64,000 nt of DNA from an uncultured Pseudomonadota bacterium (GCA_964344035.1 CAYFLK010000006.1:26162-90161); one strand, 5' to 3'; shown: positions 1-10,210, counted from the stretch's first letter. Notes: generated by a model from the sequence alone, not told the origin. Made by a program: numbers and translations.

Positions 1-159
1 CGGAAACGCTTTTTCCTGCTGCTTTCCCCCCACCACCAACCCGCAGTTTGAGTCCGGGACAAATTTTCTCTCCAGGGAAAGTGAGCGGAGTTCCGCAAAC
101 GTCAAATAAACTGGTTTTTATTGTAATGTATTGTAGTATATACATGTTTTCCGTCAACC

Positions 160-477
160 TTGACGCGTTCAGTTTCATCCGCCATGTCTACCGTGCTGGA
201 AAAGAAGTCCACGGTTCAGGCCCGCCTGCTGGCTGGCTTTTACGCACTCGATCACCGGGGCAGATACCATTTTTGCAGGTTCACTGATGTTCCCTGTCAC
301 TTGATCAACGCGTTAAGCGCAAAGGAACCGGACTGCAGGATTTGTGTGAGAATTGCACTGGATCAACGGGAAGATTTGAACAGGGAAGATAAAATACTGA
401 TCTACGAACATTGCGAAAAAGACATGCTCGGAGAACCCGGACGAGCAAGCAACCAATTCCCCACCCTTTTTTCCTGA
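160..477 (+). CDS. hypothetical small Cys-containing protein (ATG likely at 184)
   Basis: The only sizeable ORF in the 540-nt stretch before hemN; no recognisable motif. Confidence 0.2.
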   Translation: MTRSVSSAMSTVLEKKSTVQARLLAGFYALDHRGRYHFCRFTDVPCHLINALSAKEPDCRICVRIALDQREDLNREDKILIYEHCEKDMLGEPGRASNQFPTLFS

Positions 478-541
478 CCGGTTCCCCTAATCGGAGTCGA
501 TACTTTCTTTCTCTACAGTTTTTGGGAATCCCGTTAAGAGT

Positions 542-1918
542 TCAAACCGTCTGCGAATATCGGGCTTTCTGTTCGGCATCCAGGTAACTGTCGAAGGGCA
601 TGGCGAGGTTGCGCATGAAGAGGCGGCCGATGGCGCTCAGTTCCACCCGGTCCTCATGCAGGAACACCAGCCCCTCCCCTGCATACTGCTCGAGCTTTTG
701 CCAGGCATCGGTGAAATACGAACGGAAGTTCATGCCGTGCTCCGCCTCGAGTTTGGCAACCGGGATTTCTCCGTGGCACATCAGCGTTTCGATGATCCCC
801 CTGCGGAGCTGATCATCCTGATCCAGCGACATCCCGCGAATCGGCGTCGGTTCCGCTGAATGTTCCAGGTATTCATGCAGGTCTTTCGAGTTCTGCCAGT
901 AACTGTCTCCAAAATCGGAAATCGCTGAAACTCCGAGTCCGATCTGCGCCATTCCGTGCAGCGTCGTGTATCCCATGAAGTTTCGGTGGAGCGTTCGGTT
1001 TTGCTGGGCGAGGGTCAGTTCATCATCCGGAAGCGCGTAATGATCCATGCCGATCATTATGTATCCGTCTCCGGTGAAGTGTCTGATGGTATCAAGGTAG
1101 AGGCCGATTTTTTCCTCGGGAGAAGGAAGGTCTTCCCTGCGCAGGGCGCGCTCGTGGGCCTTGAACATCCAGGGCAGGTGCGCGAAGCTGTACACCGCGA
1201 GACGGTCCGGCCGCAGCCGCGAAACTTCTTCAAGGGTCTTCCGGTAAAGCCCGCGGTTCTGAATCGGCAGACCGTAGACGAGGTCCAGGTTGATGCTTTC
1301 GTACCCCAGCCTGCGCGCAGTCTCAAATGTGCTCCGTGATTGCTCCGGCGTCTGGTTGCGATTGATCGCGCGTTGCACCTCCGGGTCCAGGTCCTGCACC
1401 CCGAAGCTGACCCTCCGGAAACCCAGTTCGTAAAGCCCTGCAAGTTGTTCATCGGTCGTCACTCGCGGGTTTGCCTCATACGCCCACTCTCCCCGCGGGT
1501 TGATGTCGAAATGCCCGCGGACCGCATCCGTCACCCGGTTGAGCTGCTTCATGTTCAGAAAGGTCGGGGTCCCTCCGCCGAGATGCAGTTGCGCAACCCT
1601 TTTGCGCACGGTCAACGCACGGGCTACAGCTTCGATTTCCTGCTCGAGCGCATGCAGATAACGCTCGACCAGCTGCTGGTCACGGGTGATGAACTTGTTG
1701 CACCCGCAAAATGTGCAGAGCTGACGGCAGAAGGGTATGTGAATGTAGAGCGAAAGGTCGCGTCTGCTTTTCCCTTCCGCACCCAGCGCAGCCGAATATT
1801 CATCCCGGAATTCACCCTGATTCCAGACAGGCACGGTGGGATAACTGGTATAGCGCGGACCAGGAAGGTTGTAGCGCTGTATCAGCTCTGTCGTGATCGC
1901 GATTTCGGTTGTCTTCAT
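542..1918 (-). CDS. hemN: oxygen-independent coproporphyrinogen III oxidase (radical SAM, HemN family)
   Basis: 458 aa; CxxxCxxC radical SAM motif in 'IHIPFCRQLCTFCGCNK'; full HemN length and N-terminal pattern. Confidence 0.9.
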   Translation of the reverse strand: MKTTEIAITTELIQRYNLPGPRYTSYPTVPVWNQGEFRDEYSAALGAEGKSRRDLSLYIHIPFCRQLCTFCGCNKFITRDQQLVERYLHALEQEIEAVARALTVRKRVAQLHLGGGTPTFLNMKQLNRVTDAVRGHFDINPRGEWAYEANPRVTTDEQLAGLYELGFRRVSFGVQDLDPEVQRAINRNQTPEQSRSTFETARRLGYESINLDLVYGLPIQNRGLYRKTLEEVSRLRPDRLAVYSFAHLPWMFKAHERALRREDLPSPEEKIGLYLDTIRHFTGDGYIMIGMDHYALPDDELTLAQQNRTLHRNFMGYTTLHGMAQIGLGVSAISDFGDSYWQNSKDLHEYLEHSAEPTPIRGMSLDQDDQLRRGIIETLMCHGEIPVAKLEAEHGMNFRSYFTDAWQKLEQYAGEGLVFLHEDRVELSAIGRLFMRNLAMPFDSYLDAEQKARYSQTV

Positions 1919-2086
1919 CCTGCCAGCATGTTGGAGTGAATTTATTTGCTGATAATCCTAACCAATGGATTGGCTAATGCCAACTAATTTACCCGAAATT
2001 ACAAGCACTATCCGTAGGTTTACGAATAGCATGCGAAAGGCACTATGGTATCATCATATAGCAAATTTCATGAACAGGAAAACAAC

Positions 2087-2542
2087 ATGTCTGAACACAA
2101 AGCAGAGGTCTTCTGGGAAAGGGACACGGAGGACTTTGAAATCAAGACTTTCAACCGAGACCACCTGGTCCGTTTTGAAAACGGCATCACCCTGCCGGGA
2201 TCTTCAACCCCTGATTTTTCAGGAAACCCGGAGCGAGTCAACCCGGAAGACCAGTTTGTCGCGGCATTATCAAGCTGCCACATGCTTACCTTTCTCGCGG
2301 TGTCGGCGCTCAAGGGTTTAAAGGTTGAAAGCTACACGGATCACGCAGTAGGATTTCTGGGAAAAAACCCCTCCGGTCGGCTTTCCATGAACAGGGTTAT
2401 CCTGCGCCCGCGAGTACATTTTTCCAGGGAGCATGCTCCGAGCAGGGAAGTACAGGATGAAATGCACCAGAAAGCGCACCGCGGATGTTTCATTGCCAAT
2501 TCAGTACACAGCGAAGTGCTCGTCGAACCGCTGTGGCAATAG
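2087..2542 (+). CDS. OsmC/Ohr family peroxiredoxin-like protein
   Basis: About 150 aa; OsmC-like segment 'FVAALSSCHMLTFL'; ATG at 2087 follows an AGGA-like RBS; the annotated ORF start at 2045 lies upstream. Confidence 0.8.
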   Translation: MSEHKAEVFWERDTEDFEIKTFNRDHLVRFENGITLPGSSTPDFSGNPERVNPEDQFVAALSSCHMLTFLAVSALKGLKVESYTDHAVGFLGKNPSGRLSMNRVILRPRVHFSREHAPSREVQDEMHQKAHRGCFIANSVHSEVLVEPLWQ

Positions 2543-2734
2543 TCGCCGCAGCTATCCCCGTAGGCACAAATCGGGAAAACGAAAAGCGGCGTGAAAAGCG
2601 GCGTTACAAGGAAGGCGTCCGGAAGTTTACCTAACGCCGGCTTCACAGTAAGGATCATACTCGGACCCAATACAATCGGGATCTCTACCTGCCTGCGCCA
2701 AGCCTAGCGCGGCAAGCAGGTCAGGTTCGGCCCA

Positions 2735-3400
2735 TTAACTATGAGCGTGGGACCGACCACGCCACCACCAGTGCAGTTTCCTGCAATTAAACCATAACAG
2801 GGCGCCTTCCATCATTTTCGGCCATTGCACGGCCGAAATCCTCTCCTGTCCCATCAAGTGATAAATCAGGGTCGCGAGGATGGTGTCATGGGTCACCTCG
2901 ATGTGAACCTTCCCTGGAGCAGGCGGGTCTGAAAAAAACGATTCAAGCAGGATTCGCGATCCATCGGACGTTTCAGTGTGTCCCCTGAGCGACTCCAAGC
3001 TGAGCATGCGGTTGACCAGATCGAGCGGATCATGATCCTTGAATTCACGCAACGCGGTTTCCACATTGCTGATATATGCGCCTGGTTCCCCCAGTGCGGG
3101 GTTGTGCAGGACCGATAAATCCATGCCAGCACCATCGATCATGGCTTGTGCTGTCTGCATGCAGCGGATCGAGGAACTGGATGAAACCCGCGCAATCCGT
3201 CTTCCCCAGTACCTGCCGACTTGCCGGGCATATTCGATCCCTTCAGCATTGAGTTCAATCCCGGAACCAAACTTGCCTGCAAGCATGGGTGGACGTATCG
3301 AATGGCGAGTGAACAGCACCACTCCGGAACCACCGGGAAAGTCCTCATGACTGGGAAGAATTTCCGGTCTTGCCGGGTCATTGTAATACAGGGCTTTCAT
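2735..3400 (-). CDS. histidine phosphatase (phosphoglycerate mutase-like) family protein
   Basis: N-terminal 'LFTRHSIR' matches the RHG catalytic motif; about 220 aa. Confidence 0.55.
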   Translation of the reverse strand: MKALYYNDPARPEILPSHEDFPGGSGVVLFTRHSIRPPMLAGKFGSGIELNAEGIEYARQVGRYWGRRIARVSSSSSIRCMQTAQAMIDGAGMDLSVLHNPALGEPGAYISNVETALREFKDHDPLDLVNRMLSLESLRGHTETSDGSRILLESFFSDPPAPGKVHIEVTHDTILATLIYHLMGQERISAVQWPKMMEGALLWFNCRKLHWWWRGRSHAHS

Positions 3401-3428
3401 TTTTTCTGATGATTATAAAGCAGAAAGT

Positions 3429-4355
3429 TCACACTCGCAGTTTAAGTAATCCCGGCAGCACCTCGAATGCCGCGTTCAGACTCCCGGGCGATTCCCCGTC
3501 TATGTCCAACCACATAATTTCTTCAGATTCGAACTCCACCTTTCTGACCTGACAGTACTCTATTTCGGGAACATCAAGATGCGTGCCTTGGTAAACTTTG
3601 GGCAAATGCCGCAGAAACGTGCCCAGGGACATTTCATCCAGAAGCATCAAATCCAAGAGTCCGTCATTTAGTTCCGCGCGCGGGGCAACATGCATCCCGC
3701 CTCCAAAGAAACGTCCATTCGCCACCACCCCCAGCCGGGTCCTGATTTTCCTTTCAGGATGATCGTCAATCTTCAGCGTGACCTCTGTTTGAGGATGCGT
3801 GAAAACCTGATACAAGGTGGCCCAGAGAAACAGCGGTTTTCCCTTCAACCTTTTGATTCCTGAATGATCTCGCAGGTAGCGGTCCACGGCGCCACTCAAC
3901 CCGAAACTGGCGATATTCGCAAAATAACGAACGCTTCTGCCGCTTTTTTCATTTGTGAAGCTGACTTTTCCAATATCAAGATCAAGGATGGTTCCTTCAT
4001 TTGCAAGTGCGGAAATTCGTTCAAGCATGGATCCCCGAAAGCCGAAACTGCGTTCAAAATCACAACCTGATCCGGTCATCAGCATGCTGATTTCAACTTC
4101 GGGGTTCAACGGACGGTCTTCGACAATGGCGCCATTGAGAACTTCGTTCACCGTGCCGTCCCCGCCGACTGCGATAATCCATCGCGCGCCTTCCTCGACG
4201 GCCTCGCGTGTGAGGGTAATCCCGTCTCCGGCACACCGGGTAGTTCGCATTTCAAAGTCGCCCAATACCTCTTTCAGCCGCTTTTCCATCCGCGGCCAGA
4301 GTTTCCCGGTCCTGCCACAGCCGGCTTCCGGATTTACCAGCACATATGCTTTCAT
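3429..4355 (-). CDS. diacylglycerol kinase catalytic-domain lipid kinase (YegS/BmrU-like)
   Basis: 'AVGGDGTVNEV' GGDGT motif; 308 aa. Confidence 0.85.
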   Translation of the reverse strand: MKAYVLVNPEAGCGRTGKLWPRMEKRLKEVLGDFEMRTTRCAGDGITLTREAVEEGARWIIAVGGDGTVNEVLNGAIVEDRPLNPEVEISMLMTGSGCDFERSFGFRGSMLERISALANEGTILDLDIGKVSFTNEKSGRSVRYFANIASFGLSGAVDRYLRDHSGIKRLKGKPLFLWATLYQVFTHPQTEVTLKIDDHPERKIRTRLGVVANGRFFGGGMHVAPRAELNDGLLDLMLLDEMSLGTFLRHLPKVYQGTHLDVPEIEYCQVRKVEFESEEIMWLDIDGESPGSLNAAFEVLPGLLKLRV

Positions 4356-4777
4356 GACATGATGGGAAAACAGCGTTTACAAGATGAGCTTCGACAAATA
4401 ACTTGCTAAGCACGGGACATTTTTTTACTTTGTTGCATTCTTGGAAAAGAAGTGACCCCCCCTGGGAATGCACCGTTTTTCAATGTCTGCCTGATATGAT
4501 GCCATACGTAGTCTGTTTTTGTTTTTCATGATATTGTCCGCGGCTCTTGTTTTGACTGCCTGCGACTGGAACCGCAGCGCCAAAGCGCAGAGAAGGCAGT
4601 ATGCCTCCGGGGGTACTGATGTCCCTGCAGCGTCAAAAAACGCGCTGACCCGCGGTTTAGACTATCACAAGCTTTCCGCTGATACCCTCATCCGTTCGAT
4701 GCGCCGGCCATGAACAAACCCCGGGTCCTGTTTGATCAGTCCATTCAACCCGCGGGATATTTTAGCCGGCATTCCGT

Positions 4778-5710
4778 TCAATGCAGCTTGATTGCGCGGT
4801 AGAGCCGGATTTCCCTTTTCCCTTTGTAAACCTGCACAAATCCTTCAACCTGCACCCGGTCACCTTTGCGCAGGTTCCGCAAGCCCTGCAAGTTCCGTTG
4901 CTGACGGAATGTGATTACGGGTATCCCGTTTTTGCCCTGTTTGCTTCGCAGGTAAATTATCTTCGCCCCCTTCCGCAGATCCCGTGTTCGTTTGATGGTC
5001 CCGGCAACCCTTACGAAACGACCATGAAACCGTGATAAATCGAGTGTCATTGCCTCCCACTGCGCGCCAACAAACAGCGGATTGAGACGCGAATAAACCG
5101 TTTTGCCTTCTTTCTTTAGCCGTTTCAGGTACTTGTGGCGAGAAGCGCGCGTACTCCAAATGCCTCGCCGATTTTCGAAAGCCTCGGCTTCACTGCGCGC
5201 GAAGGTAATAAAATCCGCGGGCCAGGCAAACCGTGTATCAAAATAACTATGCCCGCGTGAAATCAGCATCAGGTTGAGATTGCCCCGTGCATTCTCGACA
5301 ACCGCAAGCAGACGTCCGTTGTTCCCACGCGGTTTTTCCGGATTGATCCACAGGGTTGCGGGTTGTTCGGAAAGCCCCCTGCGCAGAAATTCCCCGGCCG
5401 GTTTCCCGAAAACCACGTCCCGCCCTTTGTGCGATGAGGACAGTTCCGGAGTATCTACATACAAAAGCCGGATGCGCTCCCTTGATTTTGAAAAACGACC
5501 GTTTCCGTTCAGGTCGGCGTCGAACGTGTCCCCGTCGATCACCCTTACCGGGATATTGTTCAATGAAATACTTTCCCAGTTTCCCGGAATCTCCTGTCCA
5601 GTGGCAAACGAACTCCGGAGAAACGCCCCGAGAAAGAAAAGTAGAAACCTGACCTGCACTATTTTATCATGGGTAAAAAATCCTTTTTGACGATACAAGT
5701 AAAACTCCAA
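4778..5710 (-). CDS. secreted thermonuclease (SNase-like) with C-terminal OB-fold-like extension; true start probably internal
   Basis: 'VIDGDTF' SNase motif after a hydrophobic signal-like segment (FLLFFLGAFL); no clean ATG found before the signal peptide. Confidence 0.7.
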   Translation of the reverse strand: MEFYLYRQKGFFTHDKIVQVRFLLFFLGAFLRSSFATGQEIPGNWESISLNNIPVRVIDGDTFDADLNGNGRFSKSRERIRLLYVDTPELSSSHKGRDVVFGKPAGEFLRRGLSEQPATLWINPEKPRGNNGRLLAVVENARGNLNLMLISRGHSYFDTRFAWPADFITFARSEAEAFENRRGIWSTRASRHKYLKRLKKEGKTVYSRLNPLFVGAQWEAMTLDLSRFHGRFVRVAGTIKRTRDLRKGAKIIYLRSKQGKNGIPVITFRQQRNLQGLRNLRKGDRVQVEGFVQVYKGKREIRLYRAIKLH

Positions 5711-5826
5711 TTGCTACTGTCCATGCTCGGTGGTTTCACCCTGAGTATCACTGGTCTGCTCAGCAAGTCCGTTGACAGGGACCACATAGTTTTGTACTGC
5801 AGTTGGTCCCGAGAAACAAGAGTTCG

Positions 5827-6810
5827 ATGAAAAAAAATAAGCCGACCACAAGTCGATGGCCGAAAAAGATAAGGTCCCTGCTTGTCTGTGCTTTCTGTTT
5901 TCTCGCGGGCTGTAATTCCATGTTCTACTATCCCAGTGAAAAAATCTTCTTTACTCCCGAAATGCTGGGTATCAACCATGAAAACGTTCGTTTCAGCAAC
6001 CGCAGCGGAAACTTGCTGCATGGCTGGTTCGTACCCTCAAGCATAACGCCCGCCAAGGGGACCCTGCTTTTTCTTCATGGAAACGCCCACAACATCAGCC
6101 ATTATTTCCTTTCGGTGCAGGGATTTCAGCATGCGGGATATCACCTGTTCACCTTCGACTACCAGGGCTTCGGGTATTCCCAGGGAGAGCCGTATCCGGC
6201 AGGGACCCTGGACGACGCGGAAGCGGCGCTGAGTTACCTGCTTGGCAGGGAAGACATGGACCCGGACCGTATCATAGTCTTTGGACAAAGCCTGGGGGGT
6301 ACGATCGCCTTAAACTGGATCGGTTCAAAAAAACCCGGGCATATTGCCGCCGTCATTTCCGAATCGGCTTTTTCTTCCTACCGCAAGATTGCCAGGGAAA
6401 AGATGAACCCCATCGGAATCCTGCGCTGGTTTCGTGAACCAATCACACGCTGGTTTGTGGATGACGAATTTTCTCCGGAACCGGTGGTCGCCGAAATCTC
6501 CCCCGTGCCGCTGCTGATTATACACGGGACAAGGGACCCGGTAGTCCCCTATGAACATGGTATGCGCCTGTATGCCGCAGCCCGGGAGCCGAAGGAATTT
6601 TGGACCATCATCGGCGGTGGACACACTGAGATGCTGGGCAGGTTCCGGACGCATTACTGGGATCGCCTGCTGAGCTACCTCGACAATGTTTTGCGGGAGG
6701 CATCTCAAGAAAATGACTTGTGGGCCGTGTCCCCGCCGGCAGACCCGTATCTTTCTCAACCGCACACCGGGCATCCGCGGGAAACGGGATTCCCCGGCTT
6801 GGTGTTTTAA
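5827..6810 (+). CDS. alpha/beta-hydrolase lipoprotein (dienelactone hydrolase / BAAT-like)
   Basis: Lipobox 'FLAGC'; nucleophile elbow 'GQSLGG'; start taken at MKKNK at 5827. Confidence 0.85.
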   Translation: MKKNKPTTSRWPKKIRSLLVCAFCFLAGCNSMFYYPSEKIFFTPEMLGINHENVRFSNRSGNLLHGWFVPSSITPAKGTLLFLHGNAHNISHYFLSVQGFQHAGYHLFTFDYQGFGYSQGEPYPAGTLDDAEAALSYLLGREDMDPDRIIVFGQSLGGTIALNWIGSKKPGHIAAVISESAFSSYRKIAREKMNPIGILRWFREPITRWFVDDEFSPEPVVAEISPVPLLIIHGTRDPVVPYEHGMRLYAAAREPKEFWTIIGGGHTEMLGRFRTHYWDRLLSYLDNVLREASQENDLWAVSPPADPYLSQPHTGHPRETGFPGLVF

Positions 6811-6885
6811 CCCTTGTGCTTCATTAAAGGCTTGAAAAACCGGGGGCATTCTTTTAATTTATAGGCTCCAGAACATTGAGCTTGT

Positions 6886-6961
6886 TCCCCAATAGCTCAG
6901 TTGGTAGAGCAAGTGGCTGTTAACCACTGGGTCGCTGGTTCGAGTCCGGCTTGGGGAGCCA
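6886..6961 (+). tRNA. tRNA-Asn (anticodon GTT), CCA encoded
   Basis: Acceptor stem TCCCCAA/TTGGGGA; D-arm AGCTCAGTTGGTAGAGC; anticodon loop CTGTTAA; T-arm GGTTCGAGTCC; 76 nt. Confidence 0.92.
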
Positions 6962-7001
6962 GAATTCACCCCGCCAACACCGGCGGGAAAAGTGAACGCG
7001 A

Positions 7002-7040
7002 GACCCCGTTGAATGACATTCTTCGGGGTCTTGACGTTTA
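7002..7040 (+). terminator. possible intrinsic terminator after tRNA-Asn
   Basis: Hairpin GACCCCG...CGGGGTC (7-bp stem) followed by TTGACGTTT, a weak T-run. Confidence 0.3.
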
Positions 7041-7136
7041 CAGCCCGCTCACACCACAAAGACTGCGGCCTTCTATTCCCCTGAAGTTCTGCCGCAATTC
7101 TCTCGCATCGTTGTATAATTAAAACGGATTTGGAGA

Positions 7137-8684
7137 ATGTCTCCCCTTAACATCCCGAACCTGGAATTATCTGCGCTCACCCTTGAAGAAAAGGTATGGC
7201 TGACGCGGGTGATGGCGGAAATCGTGGCGGGTAATGATGCAGTGAAATCCCGTTCACGCAAGGGGTTTGAGCAGACACTCGGCAGTTTTCAAAACCGCGA
7301 GCAGGCAGCGCATTTACTGGAAGCGCTGAACCAACGCCCCATGCCTCCGTGGCCCGCGATAAAGACTGATCGTCAGCGGGCGTTGACCCTTCTGTATCGC
7401 CTGGCAACAGTGATGGCGGCGGATCATGTGGTATCGCGCAGGCAGGTGAAATTGTTTCGGAAAGCCCTATCGGCCTTGGGCTTCTCCAAACTCGATCACC
7501 CCCTTCTGCTGGGTCACGTACAAAACATCATCGTTGCCGGAAAACCAAACGCGGCAATCCTCACTACTACTGATTTTGTAAGGATCACACTGCAGGATTT
7601 CTCCGACACCCATTGTGTTTTCAGCTTCCACCGTCCGCTGGTGCCCGGTGTGTTCATTTTGGTGCAGGTGCGTGCCCTCGCACGTACTGAAACATATCAT
7701 GCTCCCATCCATGCTACAGTTCGCTCGATATCAAAAGGGCCTTTTGAAAACGGGAGCTACCTCATCCATGCGGAATTTCAACAGCGCCTGGGATCCCGTC
7801 ACGGGCTGCGGGAGTTTTGGAATCCTGCACTTTCGAAACAGGACAGCGCCAAGGGATACGGGATTGTAGAACCAGGAGATGGGTCCCTGATTGGCCGGTA
7901 CGTCGGATGTCCGGCCTGCACCGAGCCCGGGCTGACGTTCTGGCATCTGCGTACGAACACTATGCACCGCGGTGAAAACCTGTTTGGGGTCCCGCACTAC
8001 CATGCTTCTTTTCCGGGGTACGATTTTTGCGATTTCAATCTGCTTCGGGTAACGGTTTGTCCGCGGTGTTTTTTTGCTTCAGCGCGGGAAAAGGATTTTC
8101 TCCAGTCCCCCGGAGAGAATGCGCATTTTGATGTGCACAGATTCAACAGGCACTGGGAATCACAGTTTAAGCGGTTGAAACATGAACTGCATAACTTTCC
8201 GCAATCGTTTGGCAAGGTGCATCGAAAACCGGAACACGCTGTCCAGGCCTATGAGATTGCCGTCGGCACGATGCGTACACTCAATCGTTTGCATGAGAAT
8301 GAGGAATTTTTGTGGGAAATTGTTAGGCTGCGCCTGATCCAGGCGGAAATGTCGATGCAACTGAAGCGGCGTGATGAGGCCCAGAAGCAATTGAAAGATG
8401 CGCTTGAACTGCTGAAAGCCGGGAACTCGAAATTCAGCGATGAACGAGAAATCCAGGTCCTGTTGTCAAAGTTCCTGCTGCACAACTATTTCCGGGAATC
8501 CGATGCTGCCTTGTCCTGTTATAAGCAATTGCGGAACCTGAAACCCAAGGCGAATACGGGGACGTTGTATTCGGTGATGCTACAGGACTCCTTGAAAAAA
8601 GCGCACTGGGTTAATTCCCACGGGAAGGATTTGAATCATGCGACGATGTCTGATTTCCACATCTCCGGTTTCACGGGTGATTAG
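7137..8684 (+). CDS. multidomain hypothetical protein with TerB-like N-domain, possible degenerate PilZ-like barrel and C-terminal DUF2225-like zinc ribbon plus helical domain
   Basis: N-terminal paired-helix motif '...LATVMAADHVVSRRQVKLFRKALSALGF' is TerB-like; 'CPAC...(N35)...CPRCFFASAREKDF' matches the DUF2225 zinc-ribbon pattern; GGAG RBS before the ATG. Confidence 0.65.
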   Translation: MSPLNIPNLELSALTLEEKVWLTRVMAEIVAGNDAVKSRSRKGFEQTLGSFQNREQAAHLLEALNQRPMPPWPAIKTDRQRALTLLYRLATVMAADHVVSRRQVKLFRKALSALGFSKLDHPLLLGHVQNIIVAGKPNAAILTTTDFVRITLQDFSDTHCVFSFHRPLVPGVFILVQVRALARTETYHAPIHATVRSISKGPFENGSYLIHAEFQQRLGSRHGLREFWNPALSKQDSAKGYGIVEPGDGSLIGRYVGCPACTEPGLTFWHLRTNTMHRGENLFGVPHYHASFPGYDFCDFNLLRVTVCPRCFFASAREKDFLQSPGENAHFDVHRFNRHWESQFKRLKHELHNFPQSFGKVHRKPEHAVQAYEIAVGTMRTLNRLHENEEFLWEIVRLRLIQAEMSMQLKRRDEAQKQLKDALELLKAGNSKFSDEREIQVLLSKFLLHNYFRESDAALSCYKQLRNLKPKANTGTLYSVMLQDSLKKAHWVNSHGKDLNHATMSDFHISGFTGD

Positions 8685-8714
8685 TAAAGGGGGTGGGAAA
8701 AGAGAAAAAGTTAT

Positions 8715-9221
8715 TCACCCGTCCAAGGAACATTGCAGGCGCTCATCGTTCCGCACAAGGTTCTTCAGCTTCCCAAGCAGCATGGTTGCGTCTTTGCCGA
8801 CAGGCCCACTCAATGAATGTATGAAGAGTCCCGAGTATTTTTCGCGCACCAGCCGGATGAAGCGAGGATGCTGAGCGGTTTCGCATCCCATCATGCCGGC
8901 CAGTGCATGCAGATGCACTCCTTTTCCACGGGCAGCTTCTTCGTCAAGCACAGTCCACTGGGATTCGATGAAGTGCCTGTGGAGCTGCGCGGTGTAATCC
9001 CAGTTTTTGCAGCCGGAAGTCCCGGATGTGCTGGCAAAAGCGAAAGTCGGTGAAAAAGTGATGTCCACCGACATCATGCCCGGGTCCTTGTGCGCAAAAC
9101 CCATGGCCCCGCCCCGGTGGCAAGCAAACAGGGGAGATCGCGCCGCAAGCAATAGGGAGAAAACAATCATCATCAGCCTAATGACGCTAGGCGCAATTAC
9201 ACCCGGTCTGAAATGATTCAT
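8715..9221 (-). CDS. small secreted protein, paralog 1 (TSGTSGCKNWD-motif family)
   Basis: Signal peptide 'MNHFRPGVIAPSVIRLMMIVFSLLLAA'; conserved 'KDPGMMSVDITFSP...TSGTSGCKNWD'; start re-picked at the internal M (the annotated ORF runs to 9281). Confidence 0.6.
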   Translation of the reverse strand: MNHFRPGVIAPSVIRLMMIVFSLLLAARSPLFACHRGGAMGFAHKDPGMMSVDITFSPTFAFASTSGTSGCKNWDYTAQLHRHFIESQWTVLDEEAARGKGVHLHALAGMMGCETAQHPRFIRLVREKYSGLFIHSLSGPVGKDATMLLGKLKNLVRNDERLQCSLDG

Positions 9222-9778
9222 GACAATCCGCAGGAAATATTCAACACCGGATCTTGTCTTATCCACTGTTTCAGATGCCACAGAATGGCAGATGGATCTT
9301 CGGACATTTGGGCGTATGCGGAAATTTCATTGAAGTGTCTGCGCAGCATCGCGTTGAACTCATGCTGGTTGGGCGGACTGCACGTCATCAGCCCGGCAAG
9401 AGCTTCCAAGCGAGGGCCTGTACCGCGCGCTGTCTCCAAAATTATGTTTTCCTTCTCCCGCTCCACAAACCGCATTCTCTCCATTTCCAGTCCGCGGGCG
9501 AAATCCCAGTTCTTGCAGCCGGAAGTACCCGATGTCGTTGCGCCGGAATAAACCGGTGAGAAGCTGATATCAACCACCGACATCACCGGATCTTTAGGCG
9601 TTGCCCCCAAAAAACCCTTGCCTGTACATTCCGCAAACAGGGATTCGGAATGCGTCAAGAAGGTCCCCAGTATTACTGAAAACAAAAAGACACGGCGCAG
9701 TCTCTTCTTCGATTGAACGCATCCAGAACGTTCCAGGAAAAAACGGGGAACTCCGGCTGCAAAAAAAGGTTCCAACAC
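9218..9778 (-). CDS. small secreted protein, paralog 2 (TSGTSGCKNWD-motif family)
   Basis: 'KDPVMSVVDISFSP...TSGTSGCKNWD' aligns with paralog 1; hydrophobic signal-like segment 'VFLFSVILGTFL'; start uncertain. Confidence 0.55.
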   Translation of the reverse strand: MLEPFFAAGVPRFFLERSGCVQSKKRLRRVFLFSVILGTFLTHSESLFAECTGKGFLGATPKDPVMSVVDISFSPVYSGATTSGTSGCKNWDFARGLEMERMRFVEREKENIILETARGTGPRLEALAGLMTCSPPNQHEFNAMLRRHFNEISAYAQMSEDPSAILWHLKQWIRQDPVLNISCGLS

Positions 9779-9919
9779 AGGACGATATTAAGGGGCCCGG
9801 AAAACCGGGGTTTGCGGCACGGTGAATTATAAACCGGGAAGGCGGAGAAATACCACTTTCCCGATCAATTCGGTGTCAATCCCCGCACAAACAGGAACAG
9901 CCTTGGCTGCAGCGCTGAT

Positions 9920-10210
9920 TTAGGCGGATCGAAGTTTTTCCGATTTTCGCAGCACTTGGGTTTTGATTGAATCTATTCCTTTGTTGAGGGCCTTGTACAA
10001 ATTTTTGTCTTCGGTCCTGCTGATCATTTGTTTGTTGCGATAACTGCAATTGATTCCAACATGATACTGGTTGTCATTCACCTTGTTCAACTTGACATGA
10101 AACGCGTGTTTGTTCTCGGTGATTTTCAATAATTCCTCGAACATCTCATGAACATGATCCGTAACCGCATCCGATTTGCGGATGTTATTAAAGGTGAGGT
10201 GAATGGACAT
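9920..10210 (-). CDS. hpf: ribosome hibernation promoting factor / sigma-54 modulation protein (short HPF)
   Basis: 'MSIHLTFNNI...HVGINC...KNLYKALNKGIDSIKTQVLRK', about 97 aa; the upstream part of the 173-aa ORF is not HPF-like. Confidence 0.85.
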   Translation of the reverse strand: MSIHLTFNNIRKSDAVTDHVHEMFEELLKITENKHAFHVKLNKVNDNQYHVGINCSYRNKQMISRTEDKNLYKALNKGIDSIKTQVLRKSEKLRSA

